DNA of 64,000 nt, from contig NC_043003.1 of NCBI RefSeq assembly GCF_006345805.1, positions 111,662,001 through 111,726,000 of the forward strand. The letters are read 5' to 3'. Position numbers and translations under genes: made by a program. The first letter of the stretch is position 1; every line of letters begins with the position of its first letter. Below are positions 1 to 13,289 of this stretch, one piece after another. The notes below the pieces were generated by a model, which saw nothing but the letters and a program-made list of their open reading frames with translations, was not told the origin of the DNA and searched no databases. Source of the DNA: Octopus sinensis (taxonomy: Eukaryota).

Positions 1-1989
1 TCGTAGATTATGCAACGTATGACTTTTATATGTAATACTAGAAATGACAAATTCGTGTGATCTACTTACTTCATAACGCAACAATGTTGTATCTGCGAGA
101 CGGATAATATTATTTTACTAACTTTGGTATAACAGTACTATAGTGCTCACATCAATAATACGTAAGACAGATAATACGTAAGTTATACAAAACTTCTCTC
201 TCATATATTAATGAATAATTGATTGTATATATTGTCAAAGCATAGAAAATAGAACGATAAAACAAATTTAAAACATGAAATACCAGAGGAATAATTCTTC
301 AAAATAAAATGGGCTTTCATTAATGAATTCCGTATTGTGTTTACATTTTACGAAATATATGTCTCACATAATTTTATTGAAAATATAAATTTGCATTTCA
401 GGAATATTAAAATGCAAATATATATGTAATATCTCGATATCAAATCATTTGTACTGTGTTATTATTTAGAAAGTTTGTAGGAGCTGATATGTGTCAAATT
501 TTTGAAGTAGGGAAGGTGCTCGCTACACTTTCGGTTACAAATTCAATACCCTTTACTCCAGGTTCATGAGAAGTTCGAAACCTGAAAGAATTCGTGACAA
601 CGAAATTATTATTCACATAAACTTTGGTCTTCACATCATTTATTTAGACTTCACTCGCGACGATTTTAAATTCCCAAAATCAATCGGTATTTTCTAGAAA
701 CATTGGATAAATATATTCGATTAAACGTGTTGAGAAACTTTTATGTTGTTAGGTTTCCGCTTGGTTGCTGAAAAATGAAATATAGTTTGCTCTCATAATT
801 TGATGAAATGTTCTATATCCTAGAACAAATTGAAGTTAAATGGGAGGATAACAAACATATTTGAAAAGAAGACTGTCTTTAATTTGGTTGGTCATGAAAC
901 GAACGAACGAAACATAAATTCTAAATGTAATATAATGGCTATGATCAAGGTGGGAAATAACTCCGAATAAGAAGGAGTCCCACCCCCGTTGTTTTTTATT
1001 TACTTTTCCCCGCATTCGTCAACAGACGAAGTGATAACAGAACTATAAAATGAAAGCAGCTAGCTTTCCAAAACAGAGCGGAGTTGGACCATTTTATCTT
1101 CCGTTATGTTTTGGAAGACACGAACCGTAAGAGACTTGGAAAATGCTGAATATGAATGAGAGCTGTGAACGAATTTTCGCGTCATAGAACAACGTTATAA
1201 TGCACTACATGTTTCTTTTAGTTTTCTTTCTTTTTATCAGACTAACGCTTATAAACATCAAGAAAGAGTTTCTTAAATGTGTGTGTCAAACGAGCAAAAC
1301 GGAGGAAATAATCTCTTTTTCTTAAATGTTATCTTTATAATTATCTTCACTTTAAATAAGAACAAAGACTATTATAGTTGTTAATGCTTCACACATTTAT
1401 AATCTCATAATCTAAAAGCACCGTAAAATATTCACTTACTTTTGATGGATGGCCGTATCCATGTAGAAAATTTGAAACACTAGGTGATGATGTCCAGCGT
1501 TTATTCGTTAAAAATCTAAAGTGGTCAGTATAATACTACAGTAATTCTCAAGAGAATATTACACATTCTCAGTTTCGCACGAAACGCACACACACTTCCG
1601 TGTTTGTGTGTGTGTGTGTACGTGCCTCTGTGTGCGTGTGTGTGTCCGTATGTGTATGTCTGTGTGAATGCATGAGTGTTAAAACAAACACCAAACTTTC
1701 ACCAGTTTATAAACATAGCAGGAAACTAGGGAATAACGCGAGATGGGCGATGTTGCATTGATTTACAAACGCTCTCGTTATAAGAGATATAGTGAAGGTG
1801 TGAACAGCCATTTTGAAACTTGTAAACAAGGATGATATTTTTAACCCCTTGCGATATCAAATAGAATAAACATGTTGATGTTACTTGGGATGTTAGTTTT
1901 ATAAATGTATAATAATCTTGAAATAGAGATATCAGTGTATTTATAATAATAATCATTCAATGTATATCGACTGTAGAAAAGAATGTAAT

Positions 1990-3400
1990 ATTAAGATATA
2001 TAAGCCTCCAAAATGGGGATTTGTGTGCGTACTAATACCCATTTTGGTCCGTTACATAGTCTTATATGCTCTATTATTGGGCTATTTTCTATAGTTAATA
2101 TATGATGAAGGCTTATAATATTATTTACAAAATTCCACTTGCCGTCGTTTTTTAACTCACGCAGAATTTGCATATGTTTACATATTTACCACCATGAAAT
2201 TATTGTTCCCAAATTTAACACAAACTTTCTAATCTGTCACCACATTTATCTCGTAAATAAGAGGTGTGTATTCGGTTTTGCAGTTGATACCAGGGCTATT
2301 TTAGCACACTGCTCAATTCTCCTCTACACACGTAGGTTTTCTGAAGAGATATGCTTTGCTTACTATTGACCTGATAGATCTCCCTGGTTTTTCTATGATT
2401 TTTATGTTCAACTTAGTATCTTCAAGAATTTTTTATAATCTGAGGGCTAGTTCCCCGTGTGATGTGGGTTTTACAAACACAACCCCTTGGAACTTGTTAG
2501 CATTGTACCACGTGTTTTTCTTGTTTGATTTATCATAAGTTCTCCGTATTTTATTCCACTGCTTACTACGGCGCTTATGTTGTGCTCTAGCAGCATCCTT
2601 ATTCACAATCTCTTCAAATTTCTTGCTAGACCCCCCTGTAATCTAGGATTCTATCTTTCTGGTTGTATCCCGAAAATTGCATGCGATGCATGAAGTCTTT
2701 ATACATTTATATACTTCTATGGATTTATTTTGGTTCCCCCACCCCCGAAATTATTAGTGTATTCACAGCAGCAATGTTTGGATATCTTACTTCTCACTCT
2801 ATCGTAGAGTTCATCATATTGAGCAATTATGAGGCAAATATAGACAAAATAAAATAGTTGTGAAAGAAGTGTTTTTCTACAATAGGTTAAGTAGTAAACC
2901 TCCAAATGATCCGTATATATTTGAGGTAGAAACAAGGAAATTTTATTTCGCATAAAGCATCCCTGGTAGACAATATCATCTAAAGAAGAATTCTAAGAAA
3001 ATGCGAAACCACATGAATAGCAACAACAACTAAAATATGAAGTACAATAATTAATGTTTAGAATTTACACACAATACCAGTAATGTCTATGGATGGAGTT
3101 TTACGATCACGGAACATTTCTGGCTGTATATATTGGTGACACTGAAAGCTTGAATGGTGAAGTTTGATCTCAAGACCTTAATTAACGTAATACAAGACAT
3201 TTGTCCGACAATTCGTATACTCCACTAACATGCTGTCCAATGTCAATCCTTCCTCTTATTACACTCAAACGTGCTACGTAGAAGCTCAAACTCACTCCAG
3301 ATGAATCAAGTTTCTGCTGTATCAATTCATGTTCCTGATTGTAATTGTTATTCTGTTTAAACATCTATAAATATCAACCGACTTTCAAACGATGACAATC
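1990..3400 (-). mobile_element. Decayed Penelope-like element (Neptune-like RT C-terminus/linker toward GIY-YIG)
   Basis: Manual minus-strand translation gives FMHRMQFSGYNQKDR...NTWYNANKFQGVVFVKPTSHGELALRL*KILEDTKLNIKIIEKPGRSIRSIVSK...AVC*NSPGINCKTEYTPLIYEI. This matches my recollection of Neptune-clade PLE thumb/linker/Cys motifs; many stops and frameshifts. Confidence 0.6.
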
Positions 3401-3994
3401 TAGTTAAACCACAAATGAAAGACAATCTCATCAGCAATTGGAATTTTATGATAAATTAGGATGTCTGCAACAGAATTAAGAACAAAAGCAACAAAATGAT
3501 CAAAAATGATATAATCAAATGCTAAGGTTGTCTAAAGTAATGCGCCAAATATATGAAACAAATGCCACAAGTCTCAACTGTTAAATATATTATTCAATTA
3601 GAACATTCTTGACAGAAATAATGACATATAAAAATGAGAACACAAAAAAATCAAGCTAAAGTAGCAGGCAATATATATTATGGTTGGTGATTTATATTTG
3701 CAAACTGAACTGAATGCAGTTGCGAAAATAAATGCATTGGCATTTATCATTAGCATGTGATCAACGTGGGAAATAATATAGAGAAAGCTTGAAACTTATG
3801 CTCAATATATTAAACGGCTCTCTATAAAGTAGATGTTAATTGACTTTGCATGAAGTAAAAAAAGGGGATATACATTTGATACAAATTGAGACTAACTTCA
3901 AGATAGGAAATACTCCAGCAACTCGCCATGTCAGTAATAAAGACAGACACATAATCAATATTCTTCCATAATTTTCATATCACTAACGATATGA

Positions 3995-4293
3995 ATGTTG
4001 TTCGTTCTCGGGCCACGCATAGCTCATAAGGGCCGGTTTCCTGGTTTCATTGGCGTATAGGTTCCCCACCTTGACGGGACGCCAGTTCGTCGCAGGTGAG
4101 CTGCTGCAGGAGGAAAGAGGGAGAGAAAGTTGCTGCGAAAGAGTCAGCAGAGATTCGCCATTACCTTCTGCTGTAGCCGCGTGGAGCTTAGGTGTTTCGC
4201 TCATAAACACACACAGCACCCGGTCTGAGATTTGAACCCGCGATCCCTCGACCGCGAGTCCGCTGCTCTAACCACTAGGCCATGTGCCTCCAC
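3995..4293 (-). mobile_element. tRNA-derived SINE (octopus OR-type head), tail type A
   Basis: Minus strand starts GGAGGCACATGGCCTAGTGGTTAGAGCAGCGGACTCGCGGTCGAGGGATCGCGGGTTCAAATC (A/B boxes). 10-bp TSD AACGATATGA at 3985-3994 and 4294-4303. Confidence 0.9.
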
Positions 4294-4867
4294 AACGATA
4301 TGAGTGTACCATCATTTCCTTAGTTTTTGGTTCAACTTCTCCAAATGTACTGCAATGAGCTGCACAAACGTCATGCCATTCTCCTTTGCGCAGCAGAATA
4401 ATTAAGGATTAATTCTTCTGGCAGCCATTTCTACTGTAGGAAATTGTAGAACCCGAAAGAAGCAAGAATTTTATCATGGCATTTATCTATAACTAAGATT
4501 ATTATGATGACAGAAATCTAAAAAATTACTAGAATGACATCGGAGAAAATATTTTATAGCATTAGGTTTAGTGATGTTAAATTTCTCAAGTACTAAATCC
4601 AGTTTTTATTCCTCAAATATCCGTGCAGTATGATTCAATGTAATGGAGCATTGAAAATAACTGATAAATTAAAGAAGATTATACTTTAATCCAACTATAA
4701 TAAAATGAGTGAAAATACCAGACTCGTCAATATATATTAGATTTCTTTACTAAGAAATATCATTCTGAATGTCTAAAATATAGTCTTGTAGTTTTGTGAT
4801 TACTCACATTAACGAGAAGATCATCAAAGTTAAGCTTGGAGTATGTTTTGATACAGTGATATCAATT

Positions 4868-5058
4868 TTCGGCACATGACCAGCAATGTCGGGGGAAGAA
4901 GTAAGTCAATTACATCGATCCCCAGGGTACAACTGCTATTTATTTAACAGACACTAAAGGGATGAAAGGCAAAATGGACCTTCACGGAATTTCATCTTAG
5001 AACTTCAGATGGACGAAATTTATTCTGCATGATAACGGCTCTGTTAGCTCGCCATCTT
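4868..5058 (-). mobile_element. Old SINE copy (same family as 55411-55748)
   Basis: Diverged match to ...GGATGAAAGGCAAAGTCGACCT...GGACGAAAT...GCTCGCC seen at 55.4-55.7 kb. Confidence 0.6.
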
Positions 5059-7407
5059 AGAATGCTTTGATATATTAATAACTTAATGACGTCAATTCTT
5101 GAAAGACTGGAAGCGAGAAAGAAACATAATGTAAAAAAGACAATCAGTAACATTATAATCATGCAAAGTTCTGGAGGGGCCTGGCATCAGTGTATAACAC
5201 GACGTGTGAAAATGTGAAACAATTGGATAGAAAGAAACCTCTTCAACTGGTATTGAACTGATATCAAGACGTCATTATTGTCAGAAAGTATTAACCTTCT
5301 CAATGAAAATTTAAAATAACGAAGGAAATAATTAATAATGTATAAATAAGATCAAACAAACATTGATTTAGCCATGATTATTTAAGTCCGACATTCTTTC
5401 GAGATGTCATAGTAACTGCTGCATATTTAATAAAGTATCATTATGAATTATTTGAATAAATGCCAAATGCCAACGTGCATTATGTAAGAAGATAATTTTT
5501 AGTAAAAACACATATTTGAAAATGCTACGGAATATTTAGATTGTTATCCGATTATTAAGCTGAAATATTTAGTTATTATCTAAAAATCAGATCCAGACTA
5601 ATTAAAGATAGTGTAAAATATTCATTTTACGACATGGATTACTTGGAAAATTTAAATATGCTTGGAGGGTGTATTTTAGTCGACAATCGTCTTTCTCCAT
5701 AACACAATACACGTTTTATTCTAGAATAGTTTAAAGTAATTTAAGAAGTTTAAAACATGTTTAGCCAGCAGTTACTTTTGCTTTCCGCTATGCTCTTCTC
5801 TATATATATAACTTATATAGATGAACGACCCTGGTAACATAAATTTGTATGACTATAGAAAATAAACACGCTGCTTGTTTTAGTTTACATAACTCATATT
5901 AATACAGCTACACAAATATATACACCTATTTATTTTACGAATTTCTCATACATCTTTTGTACGTTGTGCGATGTGTGTGTATACCTTCTGTATTGTTAAA
6001 TCAATCACATTGGACAAAACTAAAATACAAATAGTTGTATGCAATAGTACTCGAACATTAGTCTTGTATTTTGGATCATGCCCAGTGACTTTTGAAAGAG
6101 CTGATATGATTCGTAATCTCAAGATATTATGATTATATGTAAAAAAGATATTGTCGTCAGATTTGACAACTTATATGTACTTTGATACGACAAATGATGT
6201 CGGCTTGGAACAATTACTCCTGCGTTTAGAAGATAAATTATGATTGTTGCAGTTGTTCCATTTCAATAAATCTTAACCATACAGGATGCATATTATTCTA
6301 TATTTGTCTAATATTCTGAGGACGAACGTACATGACAAATAAATAATTTGTTGAAATTAATGGATGACGTAATAATCTCTTGAAAATAATACAAGTCAAC
6401 ATATACAAGTCAAAATATTAATAATGTGTCTGAAATTAGAAAATCAATATTTCGATTGATACTAACAACGATACATGATTAATTATTACAATAATTAAAT
6501 CTAATTGCTGTCGGCTGATACTATTTGTTTGGTCATCATATATGTAAGAAAATAGCAACTTTAAGATTGACAGGTTTTTTTTCATATATAAGGAATGTAG
6601 TGTGTTTTCATGCTCTTTTATTTGTATCAGGATAGTTTTCTAGAAATCGGTACCGACGCATCGAATGGTAGAGCAATAGCTACAGAACGTAGCATAAATA
6701 CTGTCAAATGATGGTCAAAAGAATTTCGACGAACTTAAAGGCAAACGAAAACAGAATCACAGTAAGTTTACAGCGAAAGCAATTTAATGGATGTCCAGGA
6801 CCTTAACATTTTGCAAAGATTTTCATGATAATAGAATAGCAGTGGGAAGCCCTGAACGGTACTCTGTGATTGATTGGTTCCATTGGTTGGTCTGAAACGA
6901 AACTCACTCACTGGAAATTGAAAGGATAAGTTTACGTTTGTGAAGATTAATGGCATAATCTTCAGTCAGCTAAAGTTGCCCTAAGATGTTCACCAGTCTT
7001 TGAAAAGATATGATAAACAATTCCATAAACAAAAATGTGGAAAATACGTCACTGTAATCGATTTAAATGACGCGTGCTTACAGACTGGATCAATGCAAAC
7101 CAAAAATTCTCTTGTCATAAATACTCTTTTGCTATTTATGTGTACAAAGAATGGCAATCGGAAATGCCAATACGCTCTTTTTATTTCAGGATAATGTTGA
7201 TCGCATATTACATGAAATAAATATTATGTGATTTATGTGTACGAAATGATCACCAGCGGCACACCAGTTTAAGAATATGGAAATTAAATGAATATAAAAT
7301 TGTTAAGATCTGCTTAGACAGTCGGATATTATCAAACGTTCGTTTTAAGTTTAAAACTATTATACGGCAATGAAATTCTGCAAAATAACGTTAGTTTAGT
7401 ACGTACA

Positions 7408-7420
7408 GTATATATATATA

Positions 7421-7472
<52 letters not shown>

Positions 7473-7493
7473 TATATATAATATATATATTAT
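7408..7493. repeat. (TA)n microsatellite
   Basis: Direct reading. Confidence 0.95.
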
Positions 7494-7605
7494 AGAAGGA
7501 GCTTCTACAGGACTAGTACTGTTTCATTCAAATGAAATCATCAGGAGCTTCCTGATGATTTTATTTGAATGAAACAGTTCTAGTCCTGTAGAAGCTCCTT
7601 CTATA
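7492..7605. repeat. Near-perfect palindrome (~55-bp arms, no spacer) containing HHR cores
   Basis: TAGAAGGAGCTTCTACAGGACTAGTACTGTTTCATTCAAATGAAATCATCAGGA vs its reverse complement; arms overlap at GGA (7544-7546); 2 mismatches. Confidence 0.95.
7544..7598 (+). ncRNA. Type I hammerhead ribozyme
   Basis: GGAGCTTC-CTGATGA-TTTTATTTGAAT-GAAAC-AG-TTCTAGTC-CT-GTA^GAAGCTCC: 8-bp stem I, intact core, 4-bp stem III, GUA triplet. Confidence 0.85.
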
Positions 7606-7700
7606 AAATAAATTAATTTACTCTACAATGTATTGAGTACCTTATTTACTGTGGTTAACCCCGACTCAACCCGGAACCTACATATCTATATATATATATA

Positions 7701-8281
7701 TAGTTATCGCCATACTAATATGGCAGTCTTATAAATACAAGACTAAAGCTGTCGCTGATTAGCTCCATGAGGCCATCGCCTTAAGCTAGCTATTTGACAC
7801 ACAAACTGCGTCCATTATAAACCCTCGAACAAGGGAGGTCAGCCGCTTCATCCTGCCAGTCAGACAGCTACAGACGACGTTTCAGGGTCGTTGCCCCTTA
7901 TCAATGCAGCGTAGTCAGACTTGCAGGTGTCGCTACTGATCGTCCCAGTTCGAAGGCTTTATTTACCTAGTTTCAGTGAAATACATCCACTTGTTTTCAA
8001 TAATAGCTGTCTGACTGGCAGGATGAAGCGGCTGACCTCCCTTGTTCGAGGGTTTATAATGGACGCAGTTTGTGTGTCAAATAGCTAGCTTAAGGCGATG
8101 GCCTCAAGGAGATAATCAGCGACAGCTTTAGTCTTATATTATAAGACTGCCATATTAGTATGGCGATAACTATTAATTTCCAGTAACGCTGCTGTAATAT
8201 CCTTTAGAGAGATTTAGTAATTTTAATATTTCTATTATTGAAAACAAGTGGATGTATTCCACTGAAACTAGGTAAATAAAG
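7701..8281. mobile_element. Fold-back HHR element (arms 7701-7870 / 8004-8172), retrozyme/pLTR-like
   Basis: ~170-bp inverted arms. Spacer holds an HHR plus a 50-bp segment (7957-8006) that is the reverse complement of 8232-8281. Left end abuts (TA)n. Confidence 0.85.
7867..7910 (-). ncRNA. Minimal type I hammerhead ribozyme, U3/A8 core variant
   Basis: Minus strand GCTGCA-TTGATAA-GGGG-CAACGA-CCCT-GAAAC-GTC-GTC^TGTAGC: 6-bp stem I (one GU), 4-bp stem II, GUC triplet. Confidence 0.75.
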
Positions 8282-8370
8282 TAGGTCTGTGTGTATAAAA
8301 CTTGTTAATAGAAATTCAATGTGTGTTGCGTTCCATTATTTAAATGAAAACTGTATGGTGAATAAACAAA

Positions 8371-8430
8371 CGACGTAACGTATACTGAGTTACAACCGGA
8401 CGACATAACGTATACTGAGTTACAACCGTG
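8371..8430. repeat. 30-bp tandem duplication (2 copies)
   Basis: CGACGTAACGTATACTGAGTTACAACCGGA / CGACATAACGTATACTGAGTTACAACCGTG. Confidence 0.9.
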
Positions 8431-9595
8431 TAAATGTCACGGACATGAGTAATGTGCCAAACTATGATATTGCCTCAGGACTATTTACGTATAACATACA
8501 TTTTAAACTTTTCAGAATATCTAAATTCAGTGTTGATAATCAATGTGTGCATCTTCAAAACCTCGTAAAAGATAACAGTTTATGGGATATTATAAGTATT
8601 TAAATAAATTTTATTCCAGTTTCACTAAACAGTAACTTATTTTGTTTTCACAGATTACCAATAGTGTGAATATTATAAATGTGTGTCCACTATGGCAACA
8701 TTAAATTACTCCTGAAACGTATATATTGTTTATATTTTTCACAGTGCGATACCTTGATATAAAGTTCTTGCGGTGAGACAAAGGTGATTCCTATAGACTT
8801 CCTATAGAACACATTAATGTAGTTCATATTTCAGCCTATTTTGATATCACTTTTTAAATAATGGAGCTGCGCCTTTTATATGTAATGAATTTTATTAATT
8901 TTGTTTTTAACTTACTCGGTATATTTCTAGGGTTTTTCTATCGATATTTCAGAGAGAATATTGATCACGTTATAACGTAACGTTGCAAATGATAAATTCT
9001 TCACTACATTTAGCATCTACTTCTTGCTAGGTACAAGCTCACGTATATACGTAGATATATGTGTGCCTGTATGTTCACACACACACACATAATTATACTT
9101 GTGTGTATATTATTGGCCTCTTGCACAGGTTCCATTTGAAACATTCCATTCCCAATTCATAAATAAACCTTAGGTTAGCGTACAAGTCAATTTTCAAGCA
9201 GCCTCACACTTATACTGAACCAGGAATCCCATCGTTGCGAGTCGAAATTGTTAGACACGTGGCTCATTGACGAGGATAAAAGCTATTTTCTCCAGTAAAA
9301 GATCCAAATGCTTTCACAATATTCTACAAGATAAATGATCATATCACTTGCATGAGAATTCTCCACTGCACATAATAATAACTTTTCATAACAATCTAAA
9401 GAAAGAAAGTAATAAAAGCATCCGTCTGCGATTTAGAATTTTGAGAGTTACTTTAGGAACATATAATCTACCGAAACTCCTAAGAGGGCATTAGTGAACG
9501 TAATATTATTGAGTAGATTAAAATGATAGCTGGAATCTGACGAATTACAGTAGTATATTTAGAGAAGTTGTTTTACTAAATATATTTAACTTCAG

Positions 9596-9741
9596 ATGAT
9601 TGTCAAGTGATCCCCTTCACTTCCATTGTTAAGGTCTTATTGATAAGCTGCCAGGATTGGTGGATGGTTGAATTATATTAAAATCGGTTGTTCAGCTGGA
9701 GGATTAGTTCTGAAGAACTCAAACGTTTAATTGCCTATTGT
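9596..9741 (+). CDS. Candidate host-gene exon (unidentified), disrupted as assembled
   Basis: Acceptor TTAACTTCAG, donor GTAAGT. Ends ...SSEELKRLIAYC but has an in-frame TAA unless homopolymer indels are assumed. Confidence 0.35.
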
Positions 9742-10219
9742 GTAAGTGAAATCTCTCCTCTGAATAAATAAGTACCTTTCAAATTTTACAGTGAGGCGTA
9801 AAGTAAAATATCCAGCGTTTGCCTAGTTATTGTAAAACCCCGTGACGATATATATTTAACGATGCTATAACATCCATTTAAATGTTATTTTAAAGTATAC
9901 GCTATGAAATATTGTTCTTAAAAAACCGTCTGAAACAATGCGGCGTGTCCAGTTTATAAAAGCAATAAATTACGATGTGAGATACTGTACAGACTGACAT
10001 AAAAATATGTGAGCTCCATTGAATATTTTCTTAGCATTTTATTGATATATAAACAAGTCAAACTGTCTTTAAAATAGAAAAGCATTAATGCGACCGTTAA
10101 CATTAAGTTTTGATATAGATAATAATGATGTTTCTTATTGAAATATTTCCAAGAATGTGGGGATTATTTCTGAGACTATTAAATCAATACCCGTTAAATG
10201 TCGTTTCTTATTTTCCCAG

Positions 10220-10279
10220 CTTGGAAAGATTAAATGCAAACTTGACCTTAGCAGATTCCAGCTCAGGCAATGAAAGAAA
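10220..10279 (+). CDS. Candidate host-gene exon (60 bp)
   Basis: Acceptor TTCTTATTTTCCCAG, donor GTAACT. One frame open (LERLNANLTLADSSSGNER); the phase-0 frame reads LGKIKCKLDLSRFQLRQ then stop. Confidence 0.4.
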
Positions 10280-10818
10280 GTAACTAAATATGAAATGTCT
10301 AATGCTCTACCGATATTTTCACATCACATTTAAACAGTTAAATTATTATATTAATCCTTTATATCTAATATATTAAGGTAAGCTACAACAAAGCAGTGTT
10401 CTTAATTTTGTACACAGTTCACTCTTATATTATTTAGATATATACTGAAATCAATCAATAATATAGGCAGAATAATAAAGCCGTCGTTAAGCTAACAGAA
10501 ACTTTACTATCTTTTCCATCTTGACTGAGTAGCAATATTTTCTCAAACAAAACACCCTTCATTCCTTGTTTCATGCACCAGATTCACTCAGTGACCTATA
10601 TTTCAAAAGTGCACGCTCACAAACACACACACACCACACACACACATGATAGTAGCTAAATTGTTTCATAACTTTTATTTTATTAACTCAGTGTAATATT
10701 TATCCACTTTAAATATATCATCAAAGTGAAAATTCGCAAAATGCAAAAATTTTAAGAAATAACTCATGCTACATTGTTCTCCTGCTAAATATATTACGGA
10801 AATATCACGTCTATTCAA

Positions 10819-11012
10819 GGCGGAGAGCTGACAGAATGTTTAGGAAACCGGGCGAAATGTTTAGCTGTATCTCGTCTGTCTTTACCTTCTGAATTAAAAT
10901 TCCACTGAGGTCGACTTTGCGCTTCATCCTTTTGGGTCGATAAACAAAGTACCACTTGTGTACTGGCACCCTCCCGCAAAATTGCGGGCCTTGTGCCTCA
11001 ATTAGAAAAGAA
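10819..11012 (+). mobile_element. Old SINE copy
   Basis: GGCGGAGAGCTGACAGAATGTTTAGG...GAGGTCGACTTTGCGCTTCATCCTTTTGGGTCGATAA; reverse-complement match to the 55.4-kb SINE. Confidence 0.7.
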
Positions 11013-13289
11013 TCGTTATGTCTATTCACGAAAAACTAAAGCAAATTATACTAGCATTGTACATTATAATGTATACTAGATAAAATATATTTTGATAAAC
11101 TTGAAGTTGACAATAAACTCCTACCTTAAGGCAGTTACCAATGTAAATCTGTGGCAATACTATTTTAAAATATTCAATACATACATACATACATACATAT
11201 ATGTACATTTTTATATATTCATTTATATGGAAAACAGGCAGAAATAGATAGATTGACAGACAGACAGAGAAATAGATAGATAGGCAAGTTTATGCCTTCG
11301 CATGCTTTTATTCTCATCTCTTTTTACTCCAATACTAATTGAATAACGGTACTCAAAATTAATTACTTTGAATATTGCGAATGCGTCGATAAAGAAAATC
11401 AAAATGCAAGTAAATCTATCAGACTTACAAATAATTAATTAAGGAAAAGGAGCGGTAGGGTCAAGTATTACTGTCGTCACGATATCCCAACGACTAAAGC
11501 GGACTGCTACGCGTTCACAATGCTGGTTGCCAGTTTATGATACCAGTTTCACCAACCTGTTTCACTATCCAGTTTCACTCAGTTATATTTCTCTTAAATT
11601 CACTGTACACAGTTCATAAATCCCAAAACCCTCTGCAAACATTGTTCTCGAGGCGTGCCGACTTACTGCAATTTCTCAAGTAAGCTTTGCAATATAGTAC
11701 ATAGTGTAAATCCACTCCTCAAATTAAATATTAGAGCAGGAGAACGGAAAGCATTTTCTTAAAAATTATAATGAATTCATTCTTCAGGTTCTTTTGTTTG
11801 GCATTTCCGACGAAATTTAATCTTTCACTGAAAGTATTTTGCACGACAAAAATCCTTCACTTTTAATCTTGGTTTGTAGCGAGACTTCAGTTCAACATAA
11901 ATTAATACTCATTCCCAATCACAGAGATACATAATCGCGAAAGAATTTCCTCGTGGAATTTCTAAACAGATTTAAGATCCCTAACATATTGTTAACCGTG
12001 TTGTTAAAAACGACAAAATCAACGAATACTATTAGGATGAAATTGCAATTTTTGTAAAATTACAAGTATGCGGAGTGGCGATTGTTCACGTGATCCAATT
12101 TTATTAAACGGAATCAAAATATGAAAACTCATTTTACCATTCCATTACAAAATACGATAAGGTCTTTAGTTTTTGCGTTGACGTATTTGCAAATATATAA
12201 CTGATTACACACAAATGTTCAACAGAGAGCCAATATAGCCTTTATATGCGTGCATAGCAGTTAAATATTTGTGGTATGTATAAAACTTTATGGTTTCTAG
12301 AAAATTAGCGTTTCATTGTATCTCAATTTAATTATATAGTAGCTCAGAATATCTGAAATGAATTTACGTAATGTTTCATGTACATGTGAAATTGCAATAG
12401 TAATACTCACACATCAGTACACACACTAACTATACAAAGGCATATATGCATGCACACGCACACTCACTCACACACAGGTATATATATGTATATATATGTA
12501 TATATGTATAAATTTACTTGGAAATAAATGCGTCGCGTTCAATTCAATATTAAATAATAATATATAATATAAATATATATACACATGTATATATATATAT
12601 ATATACAGGACGCCACCAACGGTTCAAATGACATGAAACACTAAAACGAACGAGGGAAAAGCGAGTGAAATACGTAAACAACTCGAGAAAATTGGAAAAT
12701 AGGACAAGTTTACAAAGAGAAGGGACCCTTTATCAGGTGTCGTCTGCTTATATTCTCATTTCGGCATTAAGTGACAATGTGAGTCCTCAAAGAAAGTTGT
12801 TCCTATAAATTCTAAAATAAAATTTAGGATTTATGGAGTGTCAAATTTAGACCAGGAACCCGAACGAAGACAAACATGGAAGGTCATTAGAAGAGAACGA
12901 GAGGAAAATAGTGAACGCTGGGAGAAACATTGTTTCTGAAAAGAGAAAATATAGAAGAGAGATAGAAAAATACGTCCCCTCGTATAAACGTCCATGCAGG
13001 AAGAGAAAGATGATCACATGAAGGAAAGAAACATGGACGATGGTCACATGAGGAAAAGAGAGATGGACGATGACCACGTGTGTATATTATAGACATACAT
13101 AAATATGAGTCTGGTTCTGAAAATGCCCGATGCTAGATTTGTAACATATCTTGCAGAAATTCACTTTGACGCTTCTTATTCACAACTGCTTTGTTTATTT
13201 CCAGGAAAACTGACCTCCCGTTGATCAAAGTATATTTGAAATGTAACTAGTAGCGATTTCTCTCGACAAACGACAAAATCTGGCATCGT

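Noticed and set aside
8654-8784. Two AG-preceded segments as exons
   Set aside because: In-frame stops and an implausible 26-nt intron between them.
13010-13081. ~30-bp purine-rich tandem (GGACGATG..CACATGA..GAAAGA)
   Set aside because: Only ~2.5 degenerate copies; no further structure.
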